Part shown: positions 23,290 through 34,499 of the stretch, one piece after another
Layout: each line of letters opens with the position of its first letter
How positions within the stretch are numbered: the first letter of the stretch is position 1
Assembly: GCF_001194135.2 (NCBI RefSeq)
Contig: NC_068996.1
Span: forward strand, 11,884,511 to 11,930,744
Length of the DNA stretch: 46,234 bases
From: Octopus bimaculoides
Lineage: Eukaryota
Direction: 5' to 3'
Made by a program: the position numbers and the translations under genes
The notes under the pieces: generated by a model
The model's input: only the letters and a program-made list of their open reading frames with translations
The model's database searches: none
What the model was told of the DNA's origin: nothing

Positions 23290-23524
23290 ATGTACATACC
23301 TACATCTGTATGTATACATACATGCATATATGGGTACAGGACATAAAATAAACGTTAAACACAATGAGAAACGAAAACATAAAAATGAAAACATAGAACA
23401 CGAACTTTTTTCGAACAACGAAAAAAGGAAACAGAGAAACGAGACATGCAGCATAAAGAGTATACCCCTTCGTCAGTTGTCCTTGTTTCATCTACTTCGC
23501 GTTTCGAATGGGTATATGTATATA
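23290..23524 (-). repeat. Unclassified interspersed repeat, copy 2 (homologous to 60-240)
   Basis: Shares tacatctgtatgtat..gcatatatgggtacaggaca..aacgttaaaca and cccttcgtcagttg with the 60-240 copy. Confidence 0.5.
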
Positions 23525-24317
23525 TATANNNNNNNNNNNNNNNNNNNNNNNNNNNNNNNNNNNNNNNNNNNNNNNNNNNNNNNNNNNNNNNNNNNNNNNN
23601 NNNNNNNNNNNNNNNNNNNNNNNNNNNNNNNNNNNNNNNNNNNNNNNNNNNNNNNNNNNNNNNNNNNNNNNNNNNNNNNNNNNNNNNNNNNNNNNNNNNN
23701 NNNNNNNNNNNNNNNNNNNNNNNNNNNNNNNNNNNNNNNNNNNNNNNNNNNNNNNNNNNNNNNNNNNNNNNNNNNNNNNNNNNNNNNNNNNNNNNNNNNN
23801 NNNNNNNNNNNNNNNNNNNNNNNNNNNNNNNNNNNNNNNNNNNNNNNNNNNNNNNNNNNNNNNNNNNNNNNNNNNNNNNNNNNNNNNNNNNNNNNNNNNN
23901 NNNNNNNNNNNNNNNNNNNNNNNNNNNNNNNNNNNNNNNNNNNNNNNNNNNNNNNNNNNNNNNNNNNNNNNNNNNNNNNNNNNNNNNNNNNNNNNNNNNN
24001 NNNNNNNNNNNNNNNNNNNNNNNNNNNNNNNNNNNNNNNNNNNNNNNNNNNNNNNNNNNNNNNNNNNNNNNNNNNNNNNNNNNNNNNNNNNNNNNNNNNN
24101 NNNNNNNNNNNNNNNNNNNNNNNNNNNNNNNNNNNNNNNNNNNNNNNNNNNNNNNNNNNNNNNNNNNNNNNNNNNNNNNNNNNNNNNNNNNNNNNNNNNN
24201 NNNNNNNNNNNNNNNNNNNNNNNNNNNNNNNNNNNNNNNNNNNNNNNNNNNNNNNNNNNNNNNNNNNNNNNNNNNNNNNNNNNNNNNNNNNNNNNNNNNN
24301 NNNNNNNNNNNNNNNNN

Positions 24318-24575
24318 TTTAATGTTCTCCCAAAGAGCCTGAGGAACCTGCACAAAATAGACGTAGGGATTTTAAATCAAAGCTGGACCGCTTCCTGTCG
24401 AGAGTCCCAGATGAACCTACCTCACGGCAAGAGGTGCAAATGAGGGTTGCTAAATCAAACTACATTCTTCAGCAAGTGCCACATATTGCAGGAGGCTCCC
24501 CGTAATAACAGTGTAGCAACACTGCGGTGCATCAGCATGGCCGCAGCTCTAAGCTGAAACTATAAACAAACAAAC
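24318..24575 (+). mobile_element. CR1/L2-group LINE 3' end (end of ORF2 and 3' UTR)
   Basis: FNVLPKSLRNLHKIDVG[I]FKSKLDRFLSRVPDEP (1-nt shift), then gcggtgcatcagcatggccgcagctctaagctgaaact and (AAAC)n. Confidence 0.8.
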
Positions 24576-24577
24576 AA

Positions 24578-24635
<58 letters not shown>

Positions 24636-25014
24636 NNNNNNNNNNNNNNNNNNNNNNNNNNNNNNNNNNNNNNNNNNNNNNNNNNNNNNNNNNNNNNNNN
24701 NNNNNNNNNNNNNNNNNNNNNNNNNNNNNNNNNNNNNNNNNNNNNNNNNNNNNNNNNNNNNNNNNNNNNNNNNNNNNNNNNNNNNNNNNNNNNNNNNNNN
24801 NNNNNNNNNNNNNNNNNNNNNNNNNNNNNNNNNNNNNNNNNNNNNNNNNNNNNNNNNNNNNNNNNNNNNNNNNNNNNNNNNNNNNNNNNNNNNNNNNNNN
24901 NNNNNNNNNNNNNNNNNNNNNNNNNNNNNNNNNNNNNNNNNNNNNNNNNNNNNNNNNNNNNNNNNNNNNNNNNNNNNNNNNNNNNNNNNNNNNNNNNNNN
25001 NNNNNNNNNNNNNN

Positions 25015-25045
<31 letters not shown>

Positions 25046-25145
25046 TATGATATATATGTATGTATGTATGCATATTAATGTTTGTTTTTATGTTCATTTT
25101 ACATTAATCGGATCTTACTCTATACTATTATTCTTTTCTTCTATT

Positions 25146-25335
25146 ATACTCTTACTTGTTTCAGTCATTTGACAGTGGCCATGCTGTAGCACCACCTTGA
25201 AGGGTTTTTGTGGAAGAAATTGTTTCCAGGACTTATTTTTTGTGAGCCTAGTACTTATTCTATCGCTAAGTCACGGAGACGTAAACACACCAACATCAGT
25301 TGTCAAGCGGTGTTAGCGGGGCAAACACAAACACA
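25146..25335 (-). mobile_element. SINE family B 3' tail module
   Basis: Reverse complement of 9110-9300 (acttgtttcagtcatttga..ggccatgct..ggacttatt..gcctagtacttattctatcg..gtaaacacaccaacatcagttgtc). Confidence 0.8.
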
Positions 25336-25388
25336 ATGACACACACACATGAAATATATACACACATTCATATATATTTGAACAAAAT

Positions 25389-25850
25389 GGTGAAACAATA
25401 TGGCATATTACCATTCAATGTACACCACGAGCCCAGAAAGAATATGAAACATCATGACAACATAGGATTGTCCATTGGACACTTTGAAACAAATATGGAC
25501 TTGACAGAGCAAAAAGGTGGTACGAGCATAAACCTGAAGGCATCATCGAAAATGAAAATGCAAAGATCCTATGGGATTTTATGATTCAGTGTGACCATGA
25601 GATAGAGAATAGGAAACCAACATAGAATTAATTGCGAAAGAAAGCAAACGGTGCTGGATTATAGATATAGCAAGCTCAGCTGACAACAAGGTATGCGATA
25701 AGGAAGAAAGAAAAGTCGAGGGAGGTTAAGCAGTTGTGGTCGCTGAAAAAGGTGGTAGTAGTATCAATAATTGGGAACAGTGAATAGAAATCTTGAGAAG
25801 TATATGGAACAAATAGCTGTCACCGTAGTACATCTCCAACGTTAGAAGCT
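25389..25850 (+). mobile_element. R4/Dong-clade (RLE-type) non-LTR retrotransposon C-terminus
   Basis: GETIWHITIQCTPRAQKEYE.HDNI..IVHW..WYEHKPEGIIENENAKILWDFMIQCDHEIENRKP.I......CWIIDIAS.ADNKV..KE: the end of the CCHC motif plus a PD-(D/E)xK-type endonuclease. Confidence 0.85.
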
Positions 25851-25863
25851 GTGCAAAGGCAAT

Positions 25864-26004
25864 AGAAGAAGAAGAAGAAGAAGAAGAAGAAGAAGAAGAA
25901 GAAGAAGAAGAAGAAGAAGAAGAAGAAGAAGAAGAAGAAGAAGAAGAAGAAGAAGAAGAAGAAGAAGAAGAAGAAGAAGAAGAAGAAGAAGAAGAAGAAG
26001 AAGA
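25864..26004. repeat. (AAG)n microsatellite
   Basis: Pure run of ~140 bp. It gives the poly-Leu ORF 25842-26036. Confidence 0.97.
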
Positions 26005-26067
26005 TGTAATATTTTGAACAAATGGGTATATGCCAATTAGTATACTAATGTGTTGAGTAAGTCACAT

Positions 26068-26203
26068 CCATTGTCCGGAAATCTTTCGTCATACATCTGT
26101 GAGCTCCTCTGAGAATGGAGTAAGTGGAGCAAGAACACACACGAAAACGAAAAGTGTCATTGAAGAGGTCACAGATGTGTGGCGGAAGATTTCCGGACAA
26201 TGG
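26068..26203. repeat. Short inverted-repeat element (~42 bp arms)
   Basis: ccattgtccggaaatctttcgtcatacatctgtgagctcctc versus gaggtcacagatgtgtggcggaagatttccggacaatgg. Confidence 0.75.
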
Positions 26204-26308
26204 GACATGAATTAAAATAATAAAATAAGAACAATAATAAACGAGTGAAAAAAAACAATACGTAGTACGTGTGTTTATTTGGCAAAAATAAAATGGCACC
26301 CCGAAATG

Positions 26309-26384
<76 letters not shown>

Positions 26385-26386
<2 letters not shown>

Positions 26387-26503
26387 ATGGGCTTCTTTGA
26401 GCTTCCATCTTTAAAATCCACTCACAAAGCTTTGGTTGGCCCGAGACTGCAGTAGAAGTCACTTGACCAAGGTGCCATGCAGTGGAACTGAACCCGGGAA
26501 GCA
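26385..26503 (-). mobile_element. SINE family B head/CORE fragment
   Basis: cgatgggcttctt..aaatccactcacaaagctttggttggcccgag..tagaagtcacttgaccaaggtgccatgcagtggaactgaaccc is the reverse complement of ~8945-9065. Confidence 0.85.
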
Positions 26504-27933
26504 AGAGTACAAATTCATTCTTCTTAAACAAGAATATTAGTGAGTGACAATGGTTGCATCAATTTCCTTGTAGGCTCTGTTGATGCATCCACACGTGTGC
26601 ATACATATATACACGTATACGTCCTTCGGAACGATAAAGATCATCTAATCATTCTGGTTGAAAAATAACTGATGACTTGCGCAATGAGTTTTAAATGAAG
26701 AATTGCACATCGTTAACCTCCCCTTCTTTCGTCCGTGACCATCTTCAATCAAATGGTAAGATCATTTAAGCACGACTGAGAATGGAAACGAATGGAAAGG
26801 AAGAAAAGGAAAAGATTAGAGAGCTAATCAGTGTATCTGGATTAAAGATGAGGGTAAATTCTCAGAATCGCCAGTCAGTACGTAGTCACCGACATCAAAT
26901 TTCATTTGATGAGTAAAAAATTATTTCAGTTTACCACTAGCGACAACATTAAACATACAAAAGCAAGTCGAGTGAGGTTGATTATTATTATCTATTCATT
27001 CCATATGCATATATGCTGTGGATTAAACATTTTGTACATGTCCTTCATTGTAAAATTCATGTATCCATCTGAAGAAAACGGTTTTTTATAATGCTATAAT
27101 GTATTCATTTATCAATTAAAGTATTCGTTAGAAACAGATGTAATGAACTGATACCTCTTTTATTCGTTTCAGCCATGCGGCTGTCAGTCAATAGTTATTA
27201 CGTTTCATTCAACTCCCTCAGAACCTGCCCCTCGCGTATTCGCAAGTATATTATGGACTATATATTTAATAAAATGTCCATGTCTGAATAGCTCAAAAGT
27301 GGATTATATACTCAATTGGGTCAAATTAACTGCGAACATCACCCGAATATCATTCTGCCAGTACTTCTGTACAAAGGTTAGTGTTCATCTATAATTGTTG
27401 TGTATGCATGTTATTCCGGCCTAAATGTCTCACTTTCAAGTACCTTATTCAACTGAACCTTGTTTTATATATGTATATACATACATACATACATACANNN
27501 NNNNNNNNNNNNNNNNNNNNNNNNNNNNNNNNNNNNNNNNNNNNNNNNNNNNNNNNNNNNNNNNNNNNNNNNNNNNNNNNNNNNNNNNNNNNNNNNNNNN
27601 NNNNNNNNNNNNNNNNNNNNNNNNNNNNNNNNNNNNNNNNNNNNNNNNNNNNNNNNNNNNNNNNNNNNNNNNNNNNNNNNNNNNNNNNNNNNNNNNNNNN
27701 NNNNNNNNNNNNNNNNNNNNNNNNNNNNNNNNNNNNNNNNNNNNNNNNNNNNNNNNNNNNNNNNNNNNNNNNNNNNNNNNNNNNNNNNNNNNNNNNNNNN
27801 NNNNNNNNNNNNNNNNNNNNNNNNNNNNNNNNNNNNNNNNNNNNNNNNNNNNNNNNNNNNNNNNNNNNNNNNNNNNNNNNNNNNNNNNNNNNNNNNNNNN
27901 NNNNNNNNNNNNNNNNNNNNNNNNNNNNNNNNN

Positions 27934-28489
27934 AATGTAATACCATTTTGTTTAGGACAGGTATAATTACCAACACAGGAACATGTATCATACATCAAAA
28001 TGAAGCTGGTCCTCTGTGGATCCCATTCCTACTTCTCAACATAGTCACCGTTTCTCTCAATAGCAATACTCCACCTTTGAATGAGAGCATGTATCCCTAC
28101 CCAGTAAAATTCTGTTGACTGCTCTTTGAGCCACTTCTTCACTACAGTTTTCACTTCTTCGTCACTGGAATAATTTAGCGCCTTCAGACTATCATCCCTT
28201 CGGCCCCATGAAAGAGGGTTTGAGGGGCAAAAATTATTCCAGTGACGAGGAAGTGAAAGCTGTAGTGAAGAAGTGGCTCAAAGAACAGTCAACAGAATTT
28301 TACGGGGCAGGGATACATGCTCTTATTCGAAGGCGGAACATTGCTATTGAGAGAAATGGTGACTATCTTGAGAAGTAGGGATGTGGTCCACAGAGGACCA
28401 GCTTCATTTTGATGTATGATACATGTTCCTGTGTTGGTAATTATACCTGTCCTAAACAAAATGGTATTACATTTTGGTTCACTCTCGTA
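27934..28489. mobile_element. Mariner-derived palindrome made of two inverted transposase 3' ends
   Basis: The right half encodes LAPSDYHPFGPMKEGLRGKNYSSDEEVKAVVKKWLKEQSTEFYGAGIHALIRR.NIAIERNGDYLEK* and ends in a TIR-like ttacattttggttcactctcg followed by TA. The left half, 27934-28176, is its reverse complement (28231-28473). The loop is 54 bp and the left terminus falls in the gap. Confidence 0.93.
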
Positions 28490-28727
28490 ATATATGGAAA
28501 TTTGTAATAATAATCATTTCGCTTCGTCAGATGCCATAATTTGAAGGCACGATCGACCGAAAGAATATTTGGTGATAAGTTCATTTGGGTGTGACAATAT
28601 GTATATTGACAGACCACTTAATGCATTCATTTGATATCTTCAGTAAGCTTTATAATACAATTAAATGTAATATAGGTATAGACGTAAATCAAAAGAAAAT
28701 GAAGTCAAATAGTAGAATTACTATCAC

Positions 28728-28816
28728 TGTTGTTGTTGTTGTTGTTGCTGTTGTTGTTGTTGTTGTTGTTGTTTGTAGTAGTAGTAGTAGTTAGTAGTAG
28801 TAGTAGTAGTAGTAGT

Positions 28817-28872
<56 letters not shown>

Positions 28873-29024
28873 CGGTGGTGGCGGTGGTGGTGGTAGTAGT
28901 AGTAGTGGTGGCGGTGGTGGTGGTNNNNNNNNNNNNNNNNNNNNNNNNNNNNNNNNNNNNNNNNNNNNNNNNNNNNNNNNNNNNNNNNNNNNNNNNNNNN
29001 NNNNNNNNNNNNNNNNNNNNNNNN

Positions 29025-29065
<41 letters not shown>

Positions 29066-29091
29066 GGTGGTGGTGGTAGTAGTAGTAGTAA

Positions 29092-29168
<77 letters not shown>

Positions 29169-29200
29169 ATAGTTGTTGTTGTTGTTGTTGCTGTTGTTGA
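28728..29200. repeat. (GTT)n/(GTA)n/(GCA)n/(GGT)n compound microsatellite with gap
   Basis: Directly visible. Confidence 0.95.
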
Positions 29201-30046
29201 AGTGTTTGAACTTTAGCCTGTACCAGAAACCAGACTTTAGTAATAGAACCTTATTACACTTAAGAAAGAAAAAAAGAAAAAAAACCTCCGAGATTTCTTA
29301 ATAATGCCGGCAGATAATTGAAAGCATACTGAATGGCGTTCTATACGGTTCACAGAGTGACATGGACATTCAATATCTTTTTCTTTTTTCACTTTAGATA
29401 AAATAAATAACGCTTAATAATCTAGGGAATGTTTTTGGACGATGATATACTTCTAAGTTGTCAATCAGTCTTTAAAAATTATTACTGGAGAGAACAAATA
29501 TCTTTAAGAGGTAGAAGCGTCTGTGAAAGAAGGAAATATTGCTTGCTGAAGTCCTACTGGAATTGTACTTAGACCGGCTGATTAAGGTTTCATGTTGATG
29601 TTGACTACTAAATATGCTTGATGTAAGGTGTCTGAATATAAATTTAAAACAAAATGTAAATAAAATGTAAATAGACGAAAATAAAACATTTATTCTGGCA
29701 ACTCACAAATGCGCAATTAAAGAAACAGACAAATACACACACAGGCACATACTACACACACACACACATATATGTACATATGTATATAGATAAATGTGTG
29801 TGCGTGAGTATGTTTGTGTATGTGTGTGTAGATTTATATTCGCTACTAGATGCTGACTATGAAGAAACTTTTATAATTTTGTTAAAATTAAATGAATAAA
29901 CTTAGAACATTCTGTTGTCTGGGGAGAGTCATTCTCTTTTGGTGCCTTATAATCTAACACACTCACCGGTAAAATTTCCACTTATTTCTTTTTATTTTTC
30001 TAAAATTTTCGTTGCGTCTTGCAACCTTTTCAATAGAACAGTTTTC

Positions 30047-30631
30047 GGATCTTTTTTAAAACGGGGGCCACATTTTTCATTAATGTTTTACGTAGTGTTT
30101 TTGGTACCGAAAGACTTTCAAACTTCGTATACTTATCTATTTTGTGTTATAGAACAAAAATATTTTTGTATCCGAATTTATTTCATGTAAAAAATTGTCT
30201 TATTTCGATAATTTCAACCAATCACTGACAAGTATTCAGTTGTTTATATTTACTCCTTTGGCTGATTAAGCCATANNNNNNNNNNAAATTTGCGTTTTTC
30301 ATTTTCTTTTTTTCTTCTTCGTTTTATTTGCTTTTTTCTTTTTAAATTTGCTGTTTTACCCTAACCCTAACCCTAACCCTATCACCGATAGAATTGTTTC
30401 AGAATCGTTTGTTTATGTAGTCGGCACTTAATGTATATCGGCTGAATGGACGTCAGTGATTGGTTGAAATTACAGAAATACGACAACTTTAACATGGAAT
30501 AACTTAGGGATTTCTTTTTTTTTAAAGAAGATTAAGAGAAACAGATGTTTTATATGACACATTCTACCAGTGTTCCAAGTTTCAAAGTGTTTCGTTAATG
30601 AAAAATATGGCCCCCGTTTTAAAAAAGATCC
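30047..30631. mobile_element. TIR MITE (~585 bp) with internal CCCTAA repeats
   Basis: TIR ggatcttttttaaaacgggggccacatttttcattaa (30047-) versus ttaatgaaaaatatggcccccgttttaaaaaagatcc (-30631), followed by TA. (CCCTAA)3CCCTA lies at 30359-30381. Confidence 0.85.
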
Positions 30632-30712
30632 TAGTTTTCTGTGAAATAATGCTTGCCTCTGCTTTTCATTTTGATAGGTTTGTGTCTAAGGTTGAAGTTC
30701 TAAGAAGTTTAA

Positions 30713-30932
30713 TTATTCTTTTATACTCAAGGCACAAGGCCCAAAATTTTGGGGAAGGGGGCAGTCGATTAGATCGACTCCAGTACGCAATTGATATTTA
30801 ATTTATCGATCCCGAAAGGATGAAAGGCAAAGTCGACCTCGGCGGAATTTGAACTCTGAAAGTAAAGACAGACAAAATACCGCTTAGGATTTGGCCCGGC
30901 GTGCTAACGTATCTGGCCAGCTCGCCGCCTTA
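30713..30932 (-). mobile_element. SINE family A, full length, ttgtgcct-type tail
   Basis: Same head and core as 22137-22370, but the tail on the minus strand reads ..ccccttccccaaaattttgggccttgtgccttgagtataaaagaataa. Confidence 0.92.
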
Positions 30933-31316
30933 ATGAAGTTTAATTATTGTGACCGTATTTAATGTTAATTATAATTTTGCGACTTAAGAAAATATTATTG
31001 CTATATTTTGTATATATATATTTTGTTTTAATTCTAAATTGATATGCAATCAACTGCGCAGAAGGAAAACGCAGGGGGAAAACATTTCGTCATCGGCGGC
31101 TTGGCTCTCTGACGAAAATATGCTTGCTTGGCTCAGTACGTGAACATGCAATACAGAGCTGACCACCAGACACACAGGTATTAGTTCTACTCAGCCAACT
31201 TCTCTTGAAACTTGTTGATGGATATTAAAAAAAAGGCATTGATACAAAAATCTGAAATAGTATATTTGGTGGGATGAGGTGAATATGTAGAAAAAAATAC
31301 ATCTCATTTAGCCTAG

Positions 31317-32660
31317 CTAGCCACAGCTGTAGCTTCGACCACGTGTCACTTTGACAGCGAGTTTTGTACCGTTACAGAGTTTTGAGGTATCTAAATTTCG
31401 TAGTAATAAAGTGGGTGCGTGTAATTTCAGTTGAAGATTGTGAAGAGAAATACAAGCGAGCTGGACAAAATTGAGTAGCTCTGTTAGACAGCCGGCAGTA
31501 TATTTAACGTGAACTACGTTATGAATTAGTTGTATATCATCTGGATCGAACTGGTATTTATTGAATGATGGTGGCATTAATATTTTGCATAATGTTATTC
31601 TGGGGGAGCGAGAATTGTACGTTCAGGTGGTTCCTCACGGTTTCTGTAATTCTGTGAGACGCTAGCATAAATACCCAAAAGCAATTATTTAGATACTTTG
31701 ATAGTTGTTCTAGAATTATTCGGTATTTTCACAATTCTGTTATCAGTGCCAACTGGAAGTTAAACATGTCTTTCATATGGAGTGGAACTATTTCCAATCG
31801 GACTACTGAGACAGCTTTTAGTAACATAAACACTCGGAGAAAGTTGAAGCTTTCCTTTCGTCTCCAAATACCAGATACTTTTAGATATACTCTCAACTTA
31901 GCAAATTCTTTGAGCTGACCGGTAGGATTAACCTATAAGCAAAACTGTTTCTCCAAATCATGATGTCGTTATTACCTCTGAGCTACAATCAAGAACCTTA
32001 AATTCAAAATTGTGAGATATAATGGATATTTCTTTATCCTTCATCATATTTCACATATAACCGTAAATGTATGCATTCCTGAGTAGCATCTTAAAATCAA
32101 AATGAGTAGCTCTGAAAACTGTGAATTAACGTTGCCGCTTTTGCCAAAATAATGTTAATCAAAAAGTTTAATCTGTTCTACCATAAACATCAAGTAAAAC
32201 TATTCCTTCCGGATCAATGTCATCAATTATTTGATCATTTCTTTTAAGTACTTATCATGGGAACAAAGAGTGATTTATTTTGGTTGACATACTGTTCTAC
32301 TTAGTGAATGCCATAGCTGGATCGCAGAAAAATCTTAGTCTAAGAATTACAGCAGCAGTTCTTTGTTTTTTTTTGTTTATTTTTTTTACCGGGGCTAATA
32401 ATCTAAAACTGTTCAAGATCTTGCCCTGACAAGGGCTCTACAGAAACTTCAGTTTGGATCAGTGTTTGTTTCCTCATTCCAGAGTTATACTCTAGGTAAT
32501 CGTTGCTCTTGCTGTGCTTCTGCTATACTGTCATGAGGAATCTTCCAAAGGTTTTGAGTATTGGAAGGTAAATAGTTACAGAAATAATGGTAACAACAAA
32601 GATTCTCATTTTGCTTGAACAATGTGAAGACTGCAAGCATTATTATATTGTACCTAAAAG
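31317..32660 (-). mobile_element. Helitron RepHel pseudogene (PIF1-like helicase region)
   Basis: ELLNF..SLHNLQLKLHAPTLLLRNLDTSKLCNGTKLAVK (ORF 31317-31577); FGETVLLIG..ILPV (~31950); decayed Walker A EGIVLLDVYGRT.*TFLINIILAK (~32140-32213); LIQTE..LSGQDLEQF and NLWKIPHDSIAE upstream. Many stops and frameshifts. Confidence 0.85.
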
Positions 32661-32772
32661 GGGCGAACAGGCAGTATCATTACCTCACCGGACTAAGTGC
32701 TTACCCTCAATTATGATTTAATAGCACTGCTATTTCAATTATTTCACAAACAATCTTAATACATAGGAACAT

Positions 32773-32930
32773 TAAGGCGGCCAGATGGCAGAATCGGTAG
32801 TGCATCGAGCAAAATGCTTAACGGCATTCCGTTCGCCTTTACGTTCTAATCACAAATACAGCCTTACACCATTCAGACTTTCTCTTTAATCATTTCGGAA
32901 TCGATTGGACTTTCCTTTTTATCCTTTCGG
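32773..32930 (+). mobile_element. SINE family A, degenerate and 3'-truncated
   Basis: taaggcggccagatggcagaatcggtag..gcaaaatgcttaacggcatt..ggactttcctttttatcctttcgg. Confidence 0.8.
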
Positions 32931-33347
32931 ACTAAGTGCTTACCTTGACATATGATTTAATTGCACTACTAACCCAGTAGGACACAGTATTGGCTTATAA
33001 AGCGTTTAATGTATTTTGTAGTGTTATGAATGCATAACGAAATATAGTGTCCCTACAAGTCATTAATACTTACTCATATTGTTATTCCTTTTCAGTTACG
33101 ACTTCATTACAAGTTTCAAGCCTTTTTCCTTCACTCAGACTATCTTTACTTTCAAGATAGTTCGGTCCCGGAATGTTTTAATGCATGCGTTTATCTGGGT
33201 TGCATCTAAGCTTCCCAGCGAAATTTCGCAGTCATTAAAGAATCAGTATTTTTTGTTCAAAATCAACGGATACTTGGACGCTTACATATACATACATACA
33301 TACATACATGTATATATGAGTGTGTGTATGTGTGTCTGTATGTGTGA

Positions 33348-33392
<45 letters not shown>

Positions 33393-34218
33393 NNNNNNNN
33401 NNNNNNNNNNNNNNNNNNNNNNNNNNNNNNNNNNNNNNNNNNNNNNNNNNNNNNNNNNNNNNNNNNNNNNNNNNNNNNNNNNNNNNNNNNNNNNNNNNNN
33501 NNNNNNNNNNNNNNNNNNNNNNNNNNNNNNNNNNNNNNNNNNNNNNNNNNNNNNNNNNNNNNNNNNNNNNNNNNNNNNNNNNNNNNNNNNNNNNNNNNNN
33601 NNNNNNNNNNNNNNNNNNNNNNNNNNNNNNNNNNNNNNNNNNNNNNNNNNNNNNNNNNNNNNNNNNNNNNNNNNNNNNNNNNNNNNNNNNNNNNNNNNNN
33701 NNNNNNNNNNNNNNNNNNNNNNNNNNNNNNNNNNNNNNNNNNNNNNNNNNNNNNNNNNNNNNNNNNNNNNNNNNNNNNNNNNNNNNNNNNNNNNNNNNNN
33801 NNNNNNNNNNNNNNNNNNNNNNNNNNNNNNNNNNNNNNNNNNNNNNNNNNNNNNNNNNNNNNNNNNNNNNNNNNNNNNNNNNNNNNNNNNNNNNNNNNNN
33901 NNNNNNNNNNNNNNNNNNNNNNNNNNNNNNNNNNNNNNNNNNNNNNNNNNNNNNNNNNNNNNNNNNNNNNNNNNNNNNNNNNNNNNNNNNNNNNNNNNNN
34001 NNNNNNNNNNNNNNNNNNNNNNNNNNNNNNNNNNNNNNNNNNNNNNNNNNNNNNNNNNNNNNNNNNNNNNNNNNNNNNNNNNNNNNNNNNNNNNNNNNNN
34101 NNNNNNNNNNNNNNNNNNNNNNNNNNNNNNNNNNNNNNNNNNNNNNNNNNNNNNNNNNNNNNNNNNNNNNNNNNNNNNNNNNNNNNNNNNNNNNNNNNNN
34201 NNNNNNNNNNNNNNNNNN

Positions 34219-34356
<138 letters not shown>

Positions 34357-34409
34357 TATACATATATATACACATATACACACATACAAACATATAACAT
34401 ATATGTGTG

Positions 34410-34445
<36 letters not shown>

Positions 34446-34455
34446 NNNNNNNNNN

Positions 34456-34494
<39 letters not shown>

Positions 34495-34499
34495 GTTGG

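Noticed and set aside
23105-24443. Long ORFs of 170-456 aa spanning X runs (also 1765-2283, 6804-7478, 27381-28118, 33079-34605)
   Set aside because: They are open only because they cross assembly N-gaps.
29905-30036. Short element with a terminal gttgc/gcaac hairpin, suggesting a Helitron 3' end
   Set aside because: The stem is only 5 bp, there is no CTRR terminus, and there is no second copy in the window.
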